A stretch of DNA of 64,000 nt from Lama guanicoe (Eukaryota): contig MU054323.1 of assembly GCA_013239625.1 (NCBI GenBank), positions 1,984,001 through 2,048,000 of the forward strand, read 5' to 3'. Shown one piece after another: positions 27,136 to 39,949 of the stretch. The stretch's first letter is position 1. The number at the start of each line of letters is the position of its first letter. The notes beneath the pieces are model-generated. The model saw only the letters and a program-made list of their open reading frames with translations, did not search any database and had not been told where the DNA came from. The translations under genes were made by a program, and so were the position numbers.

Positions 27136-28611
27136 ACGAGCTGCTTTCTAATTTGGCAAGTAGATGAGGAGATGAGGAGGAAAGAACTCTCAAAGAAAGA
27201 GGCTGGTTTGAAACAACTTATACTTTGCTCTGAATCTTATTCTTATTACTTAAAAAATGGCAATAATGATGCTCACCTCCTAGGACTAGCAGGCAGTTTA
27301 AAACAGAAAACATAGATAAAACATCGAATAAAATGCTAGCAAAAGGAGGTGTCCAGAAAGCCACTTTTTCTCTAATTTGCTGATGACCTTGACAAGTGAA
27401 GTCTCCATGCTGGGGCTCAATTACCTCCACTATAAAGGAGCAACTTCACTCCAGGAGACTTTCTGGGGGTCACTGCCAACTTGAAAACTCACATCACTGG
27501 ACAAAGATAATTTGACCCAACAGTGACTTGTACACATTCTCCTCATAAAATAAGAACTTGTAAAAATAAACTGAAGGAAAAGATAAGGGACTCCCCTCCT
27601 CACTGAGTCATGGACTTAAGGGCAAAGAATGTATTACTTCTTGGTTATCCAGTTGAAGACATTCTGGAAGTTGATTATGAAAAGCTTAGCTATGTAACAA
27701 TCTACATGAAATAATCAGAAATTAGGTCATCTAGTTCATTTTAGGTATTACTGTCTTTTTATCTGCTGGCAGCCTTTAGGGAGAGAACTTGACTTTTTTT
27801 TTTTTCTGAGTAGCTGTTAATAAAATACAAATTTGTTCAACAGCAACAACTCTATCTCCATTGAAAATACAAAGAGAAATTTCTAACTTTTTAAAAATCT
27901 AGAAATAGAAGCTGACTTGTTTGGTTAATTTGCTTAAATAGGAATCAGTTACCATGCATATTTCATTTGGGAGCAGATACTGGGAAAGAACAAATCAGGA
28001 TCAAGCCACCACTTGGACTGATAACCATGCTGGCTGAGGGTGCTCTGAATCTGTTGAACTCTCATCTATGAACTTCTCTCTATCCAACTCTTGTCTGGGC
28101 TCCTCTTTCTCACACGCAGAAATTCCTGCTCTGTCCCCAGCTCTCCTCCTGGCCATCTGTGTCTGGCACACGCGGGCCATCGAGAGGAATGGTAACAGAA
28201 TTGCCATTCAGCCTGAGATTTTTTTCCTTTATCCCTTTCTCAGAATGAGGTGTCTGAATGTTCGGGAAATGTGGCCAACCCTCTGAATGGGCCCCCCTGA
28301 GTGCCTGCTGTCTCTAATGAGGTCACTGTGAACATTTCTAGGGGCCCTCTGAGGTGTTCTGACTCCAGTCAGAATGCCGTAAGTCTCTTAGGTTGAAAAT
28401 GTACCTGTAGGCATGACTTTGCCTTGAATTCTGAAAGCTGACCCCCTCTGGGAACTAGTCTGGACAATCCCTGAGTCTGCAGGGGTAGGAGATATATGCT
28501 TGCTTGAGTGAGCACCCCTGGAACTTCATGCTTTGGGTGCCTCACGCATCTCATCTAGTCCCAGCCCTGCTGGTCAGGGCAGGCAGCTCCTCACTGAGCT
28601 GGGTAGAGTGA

Positions 28612-29070
28612 CTGCATTAGTTTCCCAGGGTACCATGATAAATTACCATAAACCTGGTGGTTTAACACAAAAGAAACCTTTGGTTTCACAGTTCTGGAGG
28701 CCAGAAGTCCAAAACCAAGGTGTCAGCAGGGCCATGCTCCCTCCTAGACTCCAGGAGAGAATACTTCCTTAGTCCTTTCAGCTTCTAGAAAGCTTCTGGT
28801 GGCTCCGGGTGTTCCCTGGTTTGTGGCAATGTAAGTCCAACCTCTGCTTCTGTCTTCACATGACCTTCTTTGTCTGAGTCTTCTCCTGTTCTTACAAGAA
28901 TACCTGCCTCATGAAGGTTTGGGTTTGAGGCTCATCCATGTAATTCAGGATGATCTCATTTTGAAATACTTAATTTAATCCCATCTGTAAGAGCCTTTTC
29001 ACAAATAAAGTCACATTGACAGGTTATGGGTGGGTGCATACTTTGGGGAGTCATCATTCAACCCTTTGCA
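28612..29070 (-). mobile_element. MLT1C-like MaLR solo LTR
   Basis: tgcattagtttcccaggg...cacagttctggaggccagaagtccaaaaccaaggtgtcagcagggccatgctccctc...attcaaccc. Confidence 0.85.
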
Positions 29071-29919
29071 GATTGGAATCAAGAAGTTGAAGTCCAGAAA
29101 TCCAAACCGTGAGATACTCTGTGTTGCATTACTTGTTCAATAAGCCTTTATGGAGTGCTCACTCCATCCCTGATGCTCCTGGCTCCAAGTGTGATGTTCA
29201 TGAAGATGGCAGAGAGGAAACCCACATGGTCCCCACACCTCCCTAACACAATAGCAAAACAAAAAAATATTTCCACCTCTCTGTATCAAGGAACTTACAA
29301 TCAACTGGGAAAGATGAAGATGATTAAACAGAATGTTTGGTCCAGGGTGAATGAATGCTAACAGAGGCACACAACACTGGTTTTAAGAATAGGGTGGCTG
29401 ATGGAGTCCAAATAACTCACTCCAGTGTTCAAACAGCTCTGTTACATCAATTCTTTGGTCCAATGTTTACTTTTGAAAATATTATTAAAAAAAAAGAGGA
29501 GAATCCAGCTGAAGGGGAGAAGTACATAAAAGTCCATCTGATGTGCCAAAAAAAAAAAAAACCTCACTAATGACTGATTGGAAAGTAATGAAGTAATGAA
29601 ACAATTTTCACGTCATACTCTAAAAATCACTCTCCACAACTCATCCTTAAATACACAAATTCAACCTATTCTTAGAGGTCCAGTTCAGGCTTGTATCTTC
29701 TAGGGAACCCTTCTAGATGACCTGACCCCAGAAGTCACACAATTCTCAGTTCAAGTCACTTCCCGAAAGTACGTTGATGCTTCTCCAGCAGCGCCTTCCC
29801 GCATCTCCTGGCTCAGTACGCAGCACCGCTGTCCCATGCTGCAGCAAGTTCTGCAGACTCTGCCCTCTGATGCCTCCAGATTCTGTCCCCTTCACTGTTA
29901 GCATCCAGTCCAGAACACC

Positions 29920-30570
29920 ATGGTTTCTTGCCTGAAGCGTTACGATACCCACCTAATTAACCTCCTTTCTCCTCTACTATCCATTCTCTGCAAATCAGGA
30001 GCTGTGATGTCTTGAAACACAAACTCTTGCTCTCAGTCTCTCCAATGGCTTTCTATTACACCCACAATAAAACCCTAACTCCCTCCTCTGGCCTAAGGGC
30101 TCTGGGATGACCTTGCCCACCCAGTCCTCTCTGAAATAACCTTTCATCCCTCTCCTTTTTGCAACCTAAGCCCCAGCCACAGTGACTCTATTTCTGTTTC
30201 TTGAACGAACAAAGCTGGTCCTTGCCTGAGGACCCATTTACCTTTCTGGGTCTGTCTGAACAGTCTCAGCCAGAGCATCTCTTCCTGAGTGAGACTTTCC
30301 CTCACCTCTCAGTCTGAATTATTTCCACCCTCACTCACCCTGTGTCATTCATCCTCTATCACACAGCTCTGCACTTGTTTCTCCATTGCTCTTGAGAACT
30401 AAAATAAACTTCATTTGTCGCTATTTGTATTGCCCATTTCCTCCCTCTAGAATATTGATTTCATGAGAACTGGGACCTCTGTGTTTTCACCATTGTATCT
30501 CCATGTCTAGATCAGTCTTACACATACAGCAGATGCCCCAAAAATATTTGCTCGATGACTCGATAATGAG
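29920..30570 (+). mobile_element. L2a-like 3' fragment
   Basis: ctccaatggctt...aataaaaccc...tcatgagaactgggacc...ttcaccattgtatctcca...aaatatttgctcgatga. Confidence 0.75.
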
Positions 30571-30629
30571 TGCAAGTTGTCTACTACTCTTGATGCTTAA
30601 ACATTAATTGTGTCTTTTTAATATAAACT

Positions 30630-31342
30630 CAGTGAGAGAAGTCAGTTTATTGCTCTTCACACACAGCTGAACACAACCGTTAACAAACATAAATACACAC
30701 TTAGCTACTTTGGCAAAAGGGAAAAGGAGCGGAGTTCTAGGTTTCCTGCTGAGCATCCTTCGGGCCTCTCTAATGTTTTAGAGACTCCATCCTTGGTCTA
30801 CTGTCCTTTGTTGTTTATTCAATGAGATAAGGCAGTTTCTAGTGAAGAGTGCCTGTCTCTCCTTCAATAAGTGCAGACCGGGTCCATATCTAAGACATCT
30901 GAACGGGTCTCTCCTTCTGTCTTTCTGGTTCCCTGGCTCCACGTCTTCCATGTCTAAGTCTCTTACACATCACAGAGAGACCCACCCCACAAATGCCTCT
31001 CAAGCTGTCACCTATAGAAGTAAGGAACACAAACAAACAAACAAACAAAATGTGCTGGCAAAGACTACGCTCTGGAAGAGCTCACTGCGCTCTGCGGAAA
31101 GACACCGGACCAGACGCTTCAACCTTGACTTTGCAGAAACATTTGCCAGTTCTCTTTAATGGCCATCATCATTGCATTCATACGGTACTTTTATAAGGAC
31201 TGTCTACTTATGGCCAAAGGAGATCCTCTCCATATCTCTTTCTGCTGTCAGTGCGTCCCTGAAACTAACAAGATTTGTGAACGACGTACCTCAGGAGACG
31301 GGGTTGGAGTAGCCTGGGTCAGACAGACTCTGCTCTCTGTGT
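30630..31342 (-). ncRNA. putative short spliced transcript (lncRNA/smORF gene or alternative 5' exons); exon 1 ~31342-31290, intron 31289-31012, exon 2 from 31011
   Basis: TTTAAA at 31370-31375 ~30 nt upstream of an Inr-like TCAC; donor GAG|GTACGT; acceptor ttttgtttgtttgtttgtgttccttacttctatag|G; AATAAA at 30819-30814 and 30651-30646. Prediction only. Confidence 0.35.
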
Positions 31343-32045
31343 GAAGTAATCCTATCTGTGTGCTCGAGGTTTAAAGCTGACCCTCATTAATCATGGCTCC
31401 GGCTCCCTCAGACACTCGAGTTGATCTATCCCCCCCTTTCCCCCGAGCAACCATCCACATAGACCCCCAGATAAGTTATTTATTCCTGAAGTGACTTGAT
31501 CTGGCATCGCCCAGCCTTCTCTAACCTCCTGTGTATGAAAGAGAGAATGAATGACTTAAACAACATCAAAGTGTTGTTTTACTTTCCACATAGTCATTAA
31601 CTTTAAATGTTCCCAAACTAATAGTCCGAGACATTGTAAAGAGGTAACAAGTTCAAAGGAACATAAAACATAAAGCAGAACTCCAGAGTCATTGAAAGTA
31701 TTTTCTCTAAATGTGTGCAAGCCTTCAAGGCTGCTAGGCAAAGGAACCTGGATCGGCATTTTGGCGGGCGCTGAAAAGAAGTTCCCCCAGCGGAGTGTGT
31801 AAGCGAGTTGCCAGGCCAACCTCTGTGAGAGCAGAAGCATGTCTTCAGAGGATCTGCTGTTCCAGAGAAGGCTGCACCGAGCTGGCTCATTCCTCCTTCA
31901 ATTAAAGGTCAATTTGTCTCTTTCTTTAAATCCCTCTTTCCTTGTTTGGACCTGTGGGCTCTAGGTCAACATAGGGAGGGTTGGTCTACTGCTCTATAAA
32001 ATAGCGTGTCTCTGTATAAGAGAAAATTACCAACGGATTAAGTTC
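31340..32045 (-). promoter_or_regulatory. candidate promoter/enhancer with K50-homeodomain, MAF-half and nuclear-receptor motifs
   Basis: TAATCC 31347-31352, TAATCA 31388-31393, GGATTAAG 32035-32042, tttaaaGCTGAC 31370-31381, TGACTT 31492 and 31552, AGGTCA 31906 and 31963, CTATAAAAATAG 31994-32005. Confidence 0.4.
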
Positions 32046-34260
32046 TATAAACTGAAGATCCAAGTTCCCGTTGTAAAATCGCTTGTCACTGAGTTACATC
32101 GAGTGTGGGGTGGAAGATCAGAGCCCTAGATACTGCTCTGAAACATCAGAGCTAAAAAGCTGATTTTTCCCCCTTTCTTCCAGCAGAGCACGTCCTTTGA
32201 GAATGCCCCAAGAGAATGGAGTTTTCCACGCTTCTGGAGATGAAGTGCTTCTAGGATTGCTCACACCTTCTGAGTCGCACCGTTTTCCATCACACGGGAC
32301 TGCCGTGGATTTTGCATTCCAGCCTCACATCCTGGGCAGAGATTTACAACCTAAAAAGAACACGGGTGACTTTTATTTCAAATAAAAGACAAGGAAACTC
32401 AAGGCTATTTTAATGGTCCTACCTTCCTTTCCATATTTCCTTCTCCTCTTTCGTGACGTCCAGACTTTTTTTTTTTGTATACTCAAAAATCACAAGAAGC
32501 CAGCTATGTCTTATTCCACTTATTTCTCACTTAACATTGTACCTTGGGTATTTAATTCCTGCTGTGTAATTTTCGTAAGAGTCATTTTAATGACTATTTA
32601 AATTTCCATTGAATATGTGCCCTTGAATTCACTTAACTATCTATTACTGGATATTTAAATTGTTTTCAAATGTTTTGCTGATTAATGATAACTCAGTAAT
32701 AAACACTTTGACTGTAAATAGTTTTCTTCTTTCAAGGGAAGTATGCCATCTAGGATGGAACCTTTATAATGGGATTGTCAGTTGCAGCATGTAACATTTT
32801 TATAGCCCTTGATAGGGCTATAAAACACAGAACACTTTGCTCGCTTACGGGATTCACCTGGCATTGCTCAGGCACCACTTCACTACACCCACACCCACAT
32901 TAGACCTGGTAGAGAGGGAATTATTGGGCATCCCAGAGACTTGAAACTGTAACAAGCATTGACCAAAACCAAAACCTATGACAAGCTGAATCTAGTCCAA
33001 TGGAAAACGATGCACAGATACAACTGAATAAGAGTGTTGCTTTCATCAGGTTTTTATCACTGTATTTCTTAAAAATACTCTATTATAAAAGGAAATATAT
33101 AACTTACTACAACACATTTTGAAATTTGGGGGAAAGAAATAAAAATCACTCATGCCGCTGCCATCTGGATCATTATTATTAATAATTTTAATTTTATTTA
33201 TTATGAATAATCATTAATATTTTGGAGCATTATTAGTATGTGATTATTATTCTGTGCACATACTTTAAAAACAAAAATCAAATCAAACAGAATACGCTGG
33301 GTTTCAATCTTCTATTTTTTTTACTAAATAATATATGAACAATATATATGTAATGAACATTTTTATCACAATATCTATCATTTACTGTGTCTAGTTAAAT
33401 GTATCATATGACTATATCAAATCTCCTATGTAGCCATGTAACTTATTTCAAACTTTTATCTACGACAATTAACACTGCTGCAGTAATTACCATTCTAGTG
33501 AATATACCCCAGGACAAAACTTTGATAGTGTCCTAAAGGAAATTTTTAATATCAAATTTCTAGATTAAAGTGTAAGCATATTGCTAAGTCTTGTGATGAA
33601 TAGTCACAAAATGCCCTTCAGAAATGCTGCTCCACAAAAGTGTATGAGACAATCTATTTTCTAGACCCTCACCAACAAGGCACAGAATCATTTTAAAAAC
33701 AATCATTTCAAATTTGACCGACAAACATGATACTGCTTGAGTCTGATTTGCATTTTTGATCATTTGTGAATTCAGCCTTCTGTTTCCTGACATGTATTTG
33801 AATGTGCGTATTTTGTGTGTGTACTAACGTCCTTTACCTGTTTTCCTATTGCTAACTTCTCTCCTGTTTCAACTTCAAAATGCCCGGAGAGAAACAGTCT
33901 TCAGGTTATTGTAAGCACTTGGGGGTCCTACGCGAAGGGGGTATTGGGGCACTTTACACCCTCCGGCTGTTTCCTGCAGAGATTCTGGCCCTGAATCTCC
34001 TCAGCTCCTCTGTGATGCTCTGACTTGTGCATGGAGTTAATGCTAGGCTTGAAAGGAGGCTAAAAATTCTGAGCTTATTCCGGGAGAGGAACCAGAATAC
34101 CCATGCAGAGAGTGTCATGAAATGAGATTTGAACATCAACTTGTGCTAGATCATAGCGGCATTGAACACCAGGGTTTTAGACTCTTTTCGGTCAGCAATA
34201 GGGAGACAGGGAGAAGTCTAGAGCAGGAGAAAGACCGACGAAGAAATGTGTTTTGGAGAG

Positions 34261-34279
34261 TATCCAGCAGGTGGCGCCA
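34261..34279 (+). promoter_or_regulatory. CTCF motif
   Basis: tatCCAGCAGGTGGCGCca matches the CTCF core CCASYAGRKGGCRS. Confidence 0.6.
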
Positions 34280-37200
34280 TTGTAACATGTCTTCTGCCCA
34301 AGGGCTTCTTCCAGCAGCTTGTGCTTTGCAGCTAAAGTCCACGTGTGAAAATGTACCTTTTCCAAAATACTCAGATAGAATGGTCTAGATCATTCTAGTG
34401 GACTAGACTGGGGTGTATTTCCCTAAAAGCTGAAGGAATTCTTACACAGCCGCTCTTTCCTTTTTTGTTGTTGTTGTTTTCTTAATAATATTCATCCTTT
34501 CCCTCGGAGCCTGTTTGTTTTTCGTTCATGCATCTCTAGCATCTCCTGGAAGACCAGACACTTGGATGAAAAGAGTTTTCTCAAGGGCTCAGGCCAGTGC
34601 TGGGCTTCACAGATCCCAGAGCAAGAAACAAGTTTCCTGCGTTGTCGTCAGTGCTTTCATGTGTGATAGGCTATTTCTCTAAATACCAAATGCTGTTTCT
34701 GACCGATTATTATTGGTCTGTTTCATGAAGGCTAGAGTAGTAACTTTCAACTCTGAAACACTGTGAAAAATTATTAGTGCAGGAAGAGAGCTGTACCCTG
34801 AACAAGTCACTAAGTTATGGTCCATTTCTTCATTCTTACCAGATACACAGGAATAAGTCCAAATGACGAGATTCTCATTTTCTTCCATAAAACTCTTCAT
34901 ACCAGTTAAAAGGTAATGACAGAATACTGAGTGCTGGGTATCTTGAGATATTTGAGAGTTCCTCCATTATTCTAAGAGCCATTTTAAGATTTGTATCATC
35001 TTTTGTCATTTGATTCGATTTATTTGAAACATCTCCACTCACATTAAAAAAAAAGAAATTCAGGTCAAACGATTAGAGTCCAAATGTTTTTCACTGAAAC
35101 CTCAGTGGATCCCCTCTGAATGACAGCGAGGCACATGTTTGTAGTCTGGAATCTGGCAGCAAGGAGCGTGAATGGTGATGGTCAAGATGTTCTGGTTCAG
35201 AAGTTAGAAAATAAATAATTCCTGAGAGGAAGGATTCTTGGGCTCTGGGCAGCTGATACGGCAATAAAATAAATAGGCAGTAAATGACACTTCCTGTTTT
35301 GAGAGTTCGCATTTCATATTGGCAAAGCGCATCTCTTAAAGTCAATCTCATGCTTCCATAAATAAACCTGGCACCTTTTTAAACACTTTTCCATCTGCTT
35401 CAGAATGAGGAGCGCTTTATTGAATACACCTCGGGGAGTCCCTGGAATGGGAAAAGACTACTTGTGAGGAACACACCATTGCAGTTGGCCTGCGCCCAGA
35501 GAAGCCATCAGGAGATTGTTTGAGTTCAAACCGTTGTAACAAGACCCTGATGGTGTTTCCCCAACCGCCTTCGCTTCTGCTCGAGGGTGTCAGGGTCGGC
35601 GCTCCGCACCAGGAGGAGCCAGGAGTGGTCTTAGGTTGTGCCCAGATCAGACGTGATTGCAGCAGTCTCTCCTCTAGTACCCGGGGTCAATCTCACCCAG
35701 CTCCTGACATCCTTGCCAACCTATTAACCCCGTTTCCTAGGACGGATGGAAAAGCCTTATCACCCACCTATACCAGCACCCAGGGGAGGAGGCCTGGGGT
35801 CCGGACACTAGTGAATCTGGGGGTCTTCTTTGGGTTCGTGGCAGTTAGCTCTGTGCGTGTCCACTTGCTGGTAGAAATCACGGTGGATATCACAGAGAAT
35901 GGTTCAAGTCCTAGTTTTGCTGTTAACTAGGTGACCTCCTACAGGTGAGGAGTTCACTGTAGCCTCAGAGCCTTGTAAGAAAAAGTGAAATCAGACGCAT
36001 GAAATCAGTTGGTACGGGGCCTGGTGCCAAATAAGGCATCTGTAGACATTAGCTACGATTTATTATTCAGCTTTGCCAGGCCATCTTCTTTTGTGAAGCG
36101 AGGACTGGGGACAGCCTGACTCAGGGGGCCAGGAGAGGGAGGTAACAGTCCACATCTCCAGTTCCCACATGAGACAATTATTAAATAAAGGCTATTTCCC
36201 TAAATGACTTTTTCACGTCCTCTAATTTAACCCTTATAGCAGCTTTTAATATTTCTGTCTTACAGATAAATAAACAGAAGCTCAGAAATACTCCTTAATG
36301 TTATCAAACCTGAAACACCAGTGACTGGAAGGCATGTCATTATTTTAGGCGACAGCGCCACCCAAGGAAATCAAAGCCCCTGACCATTCTCACTGGGAGA
36401 CTTCGCCAGTAGCACAGCACGTCAAAATCGCAGAGATTTTAAAACACAAGGGCAAATGCACCTTTAAAACTAGTGAAAAATAGTTAGAAACTTGCCTGAC
36501 CTCAGGCAGTGAGCGGCAGAGGCAGAATTTGAATGCAGGGAACAATGAGTCTAAGTGAAGGTCCCATCATCCTTGCCAGCCGCTGTCCACGCTCAGTGCC
36601 AGGCTCCGGGCAGCTCTGCCCTCCTCTGGCCGCCCTACTTTGCTGCCCTAGGGCGGCCTTACCTTCCCCCAACTGCAGCTCCAGCTCGGAGCCCCTAGAA
36701 CAGGGAAGGACAGACTCAAGGGCGGCTCAAGGGCACTGAGACGAGCAGAAGGTGGAAACTGCTGATTGCGGCCTGGAGTCTCCAAGGGGTGGTTTGTACT
36801 CAACAAATGACCTTATTCCTGCATTACTGCTGCTTCCAGCTTGCAAGCCTTGATTGGGTTGGATTGTTGATTGGAGTTGGTTTCAGGTCTGTAGGATCCC
36901 CTTTTTCTGTATCCAACACAGGCCCATCTTTCTCCTGGAGTGTATGAGCCTAAGTGCTCTTGAGTCCAACTGGAGATCAAGGTTCCTCCTCAGATGAAAA
37001 GTTTCGTCTTTGACTTTTGTTCTTCTATGAAATAAGTTGCCTCAACTCCTTCATGGCTTCTGGTAAAATGGCATGGAGAGAATTAGAACTTGGGCTGCGG
37101 GTTCCAAAGTAAGGATATAACTGAAGATAAAGCAAGTCAATGCTCTATTGCTACAAAATGCTGTCACTACAGAAACAGAATGAGGGGTCCACTTGCATGT

Positions 37201-39949
37201 CATTGAACTCTGGCAGATTTTGCTAAGATTGAAAGGTGACTAGGAAACGATGTTGTCCCTTGGAGGAAGCATGACCAGACTAGGTGGACCTTCTGCTCCA
37301 CCACCGGCCAGTGCCAGGACGTCAGTGAGCCAGTTCTCTTACTTGAATCTCAGCTTCCCCATCTCTCATTCAAGGAGTTGAACTGGGTCCTCTTTCTAAT
37401 CCCTCTCGCCTCTGACACTCTGGTTCTCAGACATTTCTCATCTTACTAGGTTGGCACCACCATTATTTATTGCATTTTGACTCTGCACTCAAAACCCAAA
37501 ATGCCCTGGGAATCACAATATTTTTAAACCTTTCATGGTATCAATGGAATCTTGAAACAGCCCAGGGTCTTTCCTTAGGCAATTTGTCCTCCCATTTGCT
37601 TCAGGAAACCTGGTCTCTGTGCTTCGTCCAGATGGCCATAGAGTGATTTTCCATCCCTGCTTGCCATGACAAGCATCTCACATCCCGTGATGTGAGAGCA
37701 AGAACCACAAATCAGACCCCAGCCACAGCTCTCCAGGCTGCCTAGGCCTCTCGGGGCAGCAGGACATCTTCCTAGTGGCTTTGTGCAAAGCTAGATCCTG
37801 TGCCCAATGTTCATCTGTCTTCTGGGAACTCACCACGCCTTTGTACACAATTCTACTCCATCATGTGTGATCCTTTATTTCCACATTGGTTTCCCCAAAT
37901 AGACTGTCCGCTGCTCACAGGTCTAGAATGTGCCTGATGTATCTGTATCCACAGAGTCAGATGGTGTGGATGCAGTGCCTTGGCATTGCCATGGGGGAGT
38001 TCAGTGAGGGCCTGAACGTGAGACTTCCTTTGCTGGCAACGATGGAGGAAGGGGGGTGTTCCTCAGGATGGGTGTCATGGGGGTAGAAGGAAGCGAAGGG
38101 CCCTTGGAAGCAGTTCCCAGTCTACTGTCTACCTTTCTCACACCTGCTGGTGTGTGTGTGTGAACTTGACCATGAGGTTTACCCGGATCGTTGCCTCCAG
38201 GATCTTTGAGTTCATGGAGCGTCCTGCTCTAGAATACATCATCCTACCTGGTGTTTATGTTGCTGCTCAGTATTTGCCATTTATTTTACTAAGTATTGAC
38301 ATCATACTTCCTAGGAAGGAATTAGCGCTCTCTGAGACGTTGCAGCAATGGTCCCTTTTTTATGGCCCTTGGATCCCCCTTTATCTCCCTTCAATTTGCT
38401 TCTGGGACGATGCTCGATGCTCCGAGGAGGAAGCCGTCTCCCTCTTTGACCTCTGGGTCTTGCCTTTGTTTATCTTTTCCCTTCGATTTTCTCTGAGGAT
38501 AAGGAATCACCTTATTACTTATCATAAGTTTTCTTTAGAAGACCTTTTCTGATTAACTTGGTTATTTCAGCCTTTGAGTCATCTTGGCCACTCCATGGCT
38601 TAGCCATGTTGCAAGTTCTTTTGATTTATTTCCAGGCTTCGTCAGGCACATTTTCCCTCGCTCCCTACCTCAGGAGATTAATCCAAATTCATCTGCAAAG
38701 CTTGTGCTGAGAAGGCCAAATTGTTCCTGCTTATTTGCTCCCCTTCAAGGCTGTAGAGATAAAGCTCTGGTAACTTGCCAGCCGCATCCAGGATGGCTGG
38801 TCAACCTGTGCTAACCTTCCTAGGACGTTCACACTGCCAGGTGCGAGATATGTGGAGGGTGGAAAACGTGAGCCTCCTGGAGCATTCACATCCTCTAAAA
38901 CCCAGAGGTAGGGCAAGTCTGGGGGGTCAGAGGCACACTTGAGGCCATTGGATGTATTATGCCAGCATCTGTCCTGTTCTCTGAGCAAACCCCGTCCACA
39001 GCCTGTAACATACAGACAGCGTTAGCCCTTTTGATCCAAGAACTGCATCAAATCATTTTGACCCTTTGAGGAAGATATGTAACCTGGGCCAAGTGAAGCC
39101 AGATGACTTTTTTTTTATTACCAGAGCATAAAGCAATATTAAATGACTTCATGAGTTGTAGCCAGAACATCTGTTACTAAACATGAGAAATCTGATTTAT
39201 TCAGTTCTAACAAACTGGCACTCAGCCCCCTCTAAAGTAGTGCCTTGCCTTGGGGGCAAGAAGGTGTTATTTGTCAGTTTTCTTTTTGAACATACCATCC
39301 TTTCTGCGTGTCACGTGACTGCTCCTCTTCTCCCTGAGAGATGATGTCTCTATTGGGAACAAGGAAGTCCCAGGGTGGAGGGGTGGCAGGGATATGTAAC
39401 AGGCTCTGTCATTTCAAGGGAGTCTAGCAGAGCCAGGGCCGTACCCCCCCCCCACAGAAGACAGCCATGTTGTCCCAGGTGGGGAAGGTGATACAAAGGA
39501 GGAAGGGTTCATATGTAGAACTCTGAGGGCTGTAAAACCACCCACAGGGTTGAAAAGCGGGTGGGTCCTTGTGTCAATAACCAATTCCTCCAAATTAACC
39601 CAATTTTTCCTTCAGCTCTACTTGTCTGCCTAACGAGGTACACTGTTCTATTTTATATGCAACTATCCCCAGACTTTGGGGGGGATATCCCATTCTCAAG
39701 TCTTCCACTCACTGTATGATGGAGAATTTCTCCAAGAAATGTGGGCCTCTGATCCTTGGGGCAGCAACATTTTGCACAGATCAAAGTAATACATGGAAGT
39801 CGTAGCCTTCTACTGCTGGGATTTCAGACTTACATCACTATGAGTGTGTATTGGTGGATATCAGGATAGGCAAGAGCGATAAAGGGAGAAAAATCTTTCC
39901 CAATATAGAGGCTTCCTAAAATAATCCACAATCACCCACTCATTTTACT

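Noticed and set aside
28120..28191. Possible 72-nt plus-strand exon
   Set aside because: Good acceptor but weak donor (G|GTAACA), no partner exons and no recognisable peptide.
35520..35930. 136-aa plus ORF in a GC-richer patch
   Set aside because: Non-ATG start, runs into a MIR, no recognisable homology.
37676..37697. Perfect 9-bp hairpin tctcacatc-ccgt-gatgtgaga
   Set aside because: Too short for a pre-miRNA and expected occasionally by chance in 64 kb.
38154..38552. 132-aa hydrophobic ORF; also considered an antisense gag/pseudogene
   Set aside because: Non-ATG start, no recognisable family; the opposite-strand frames I read showed no retroviral motifs.
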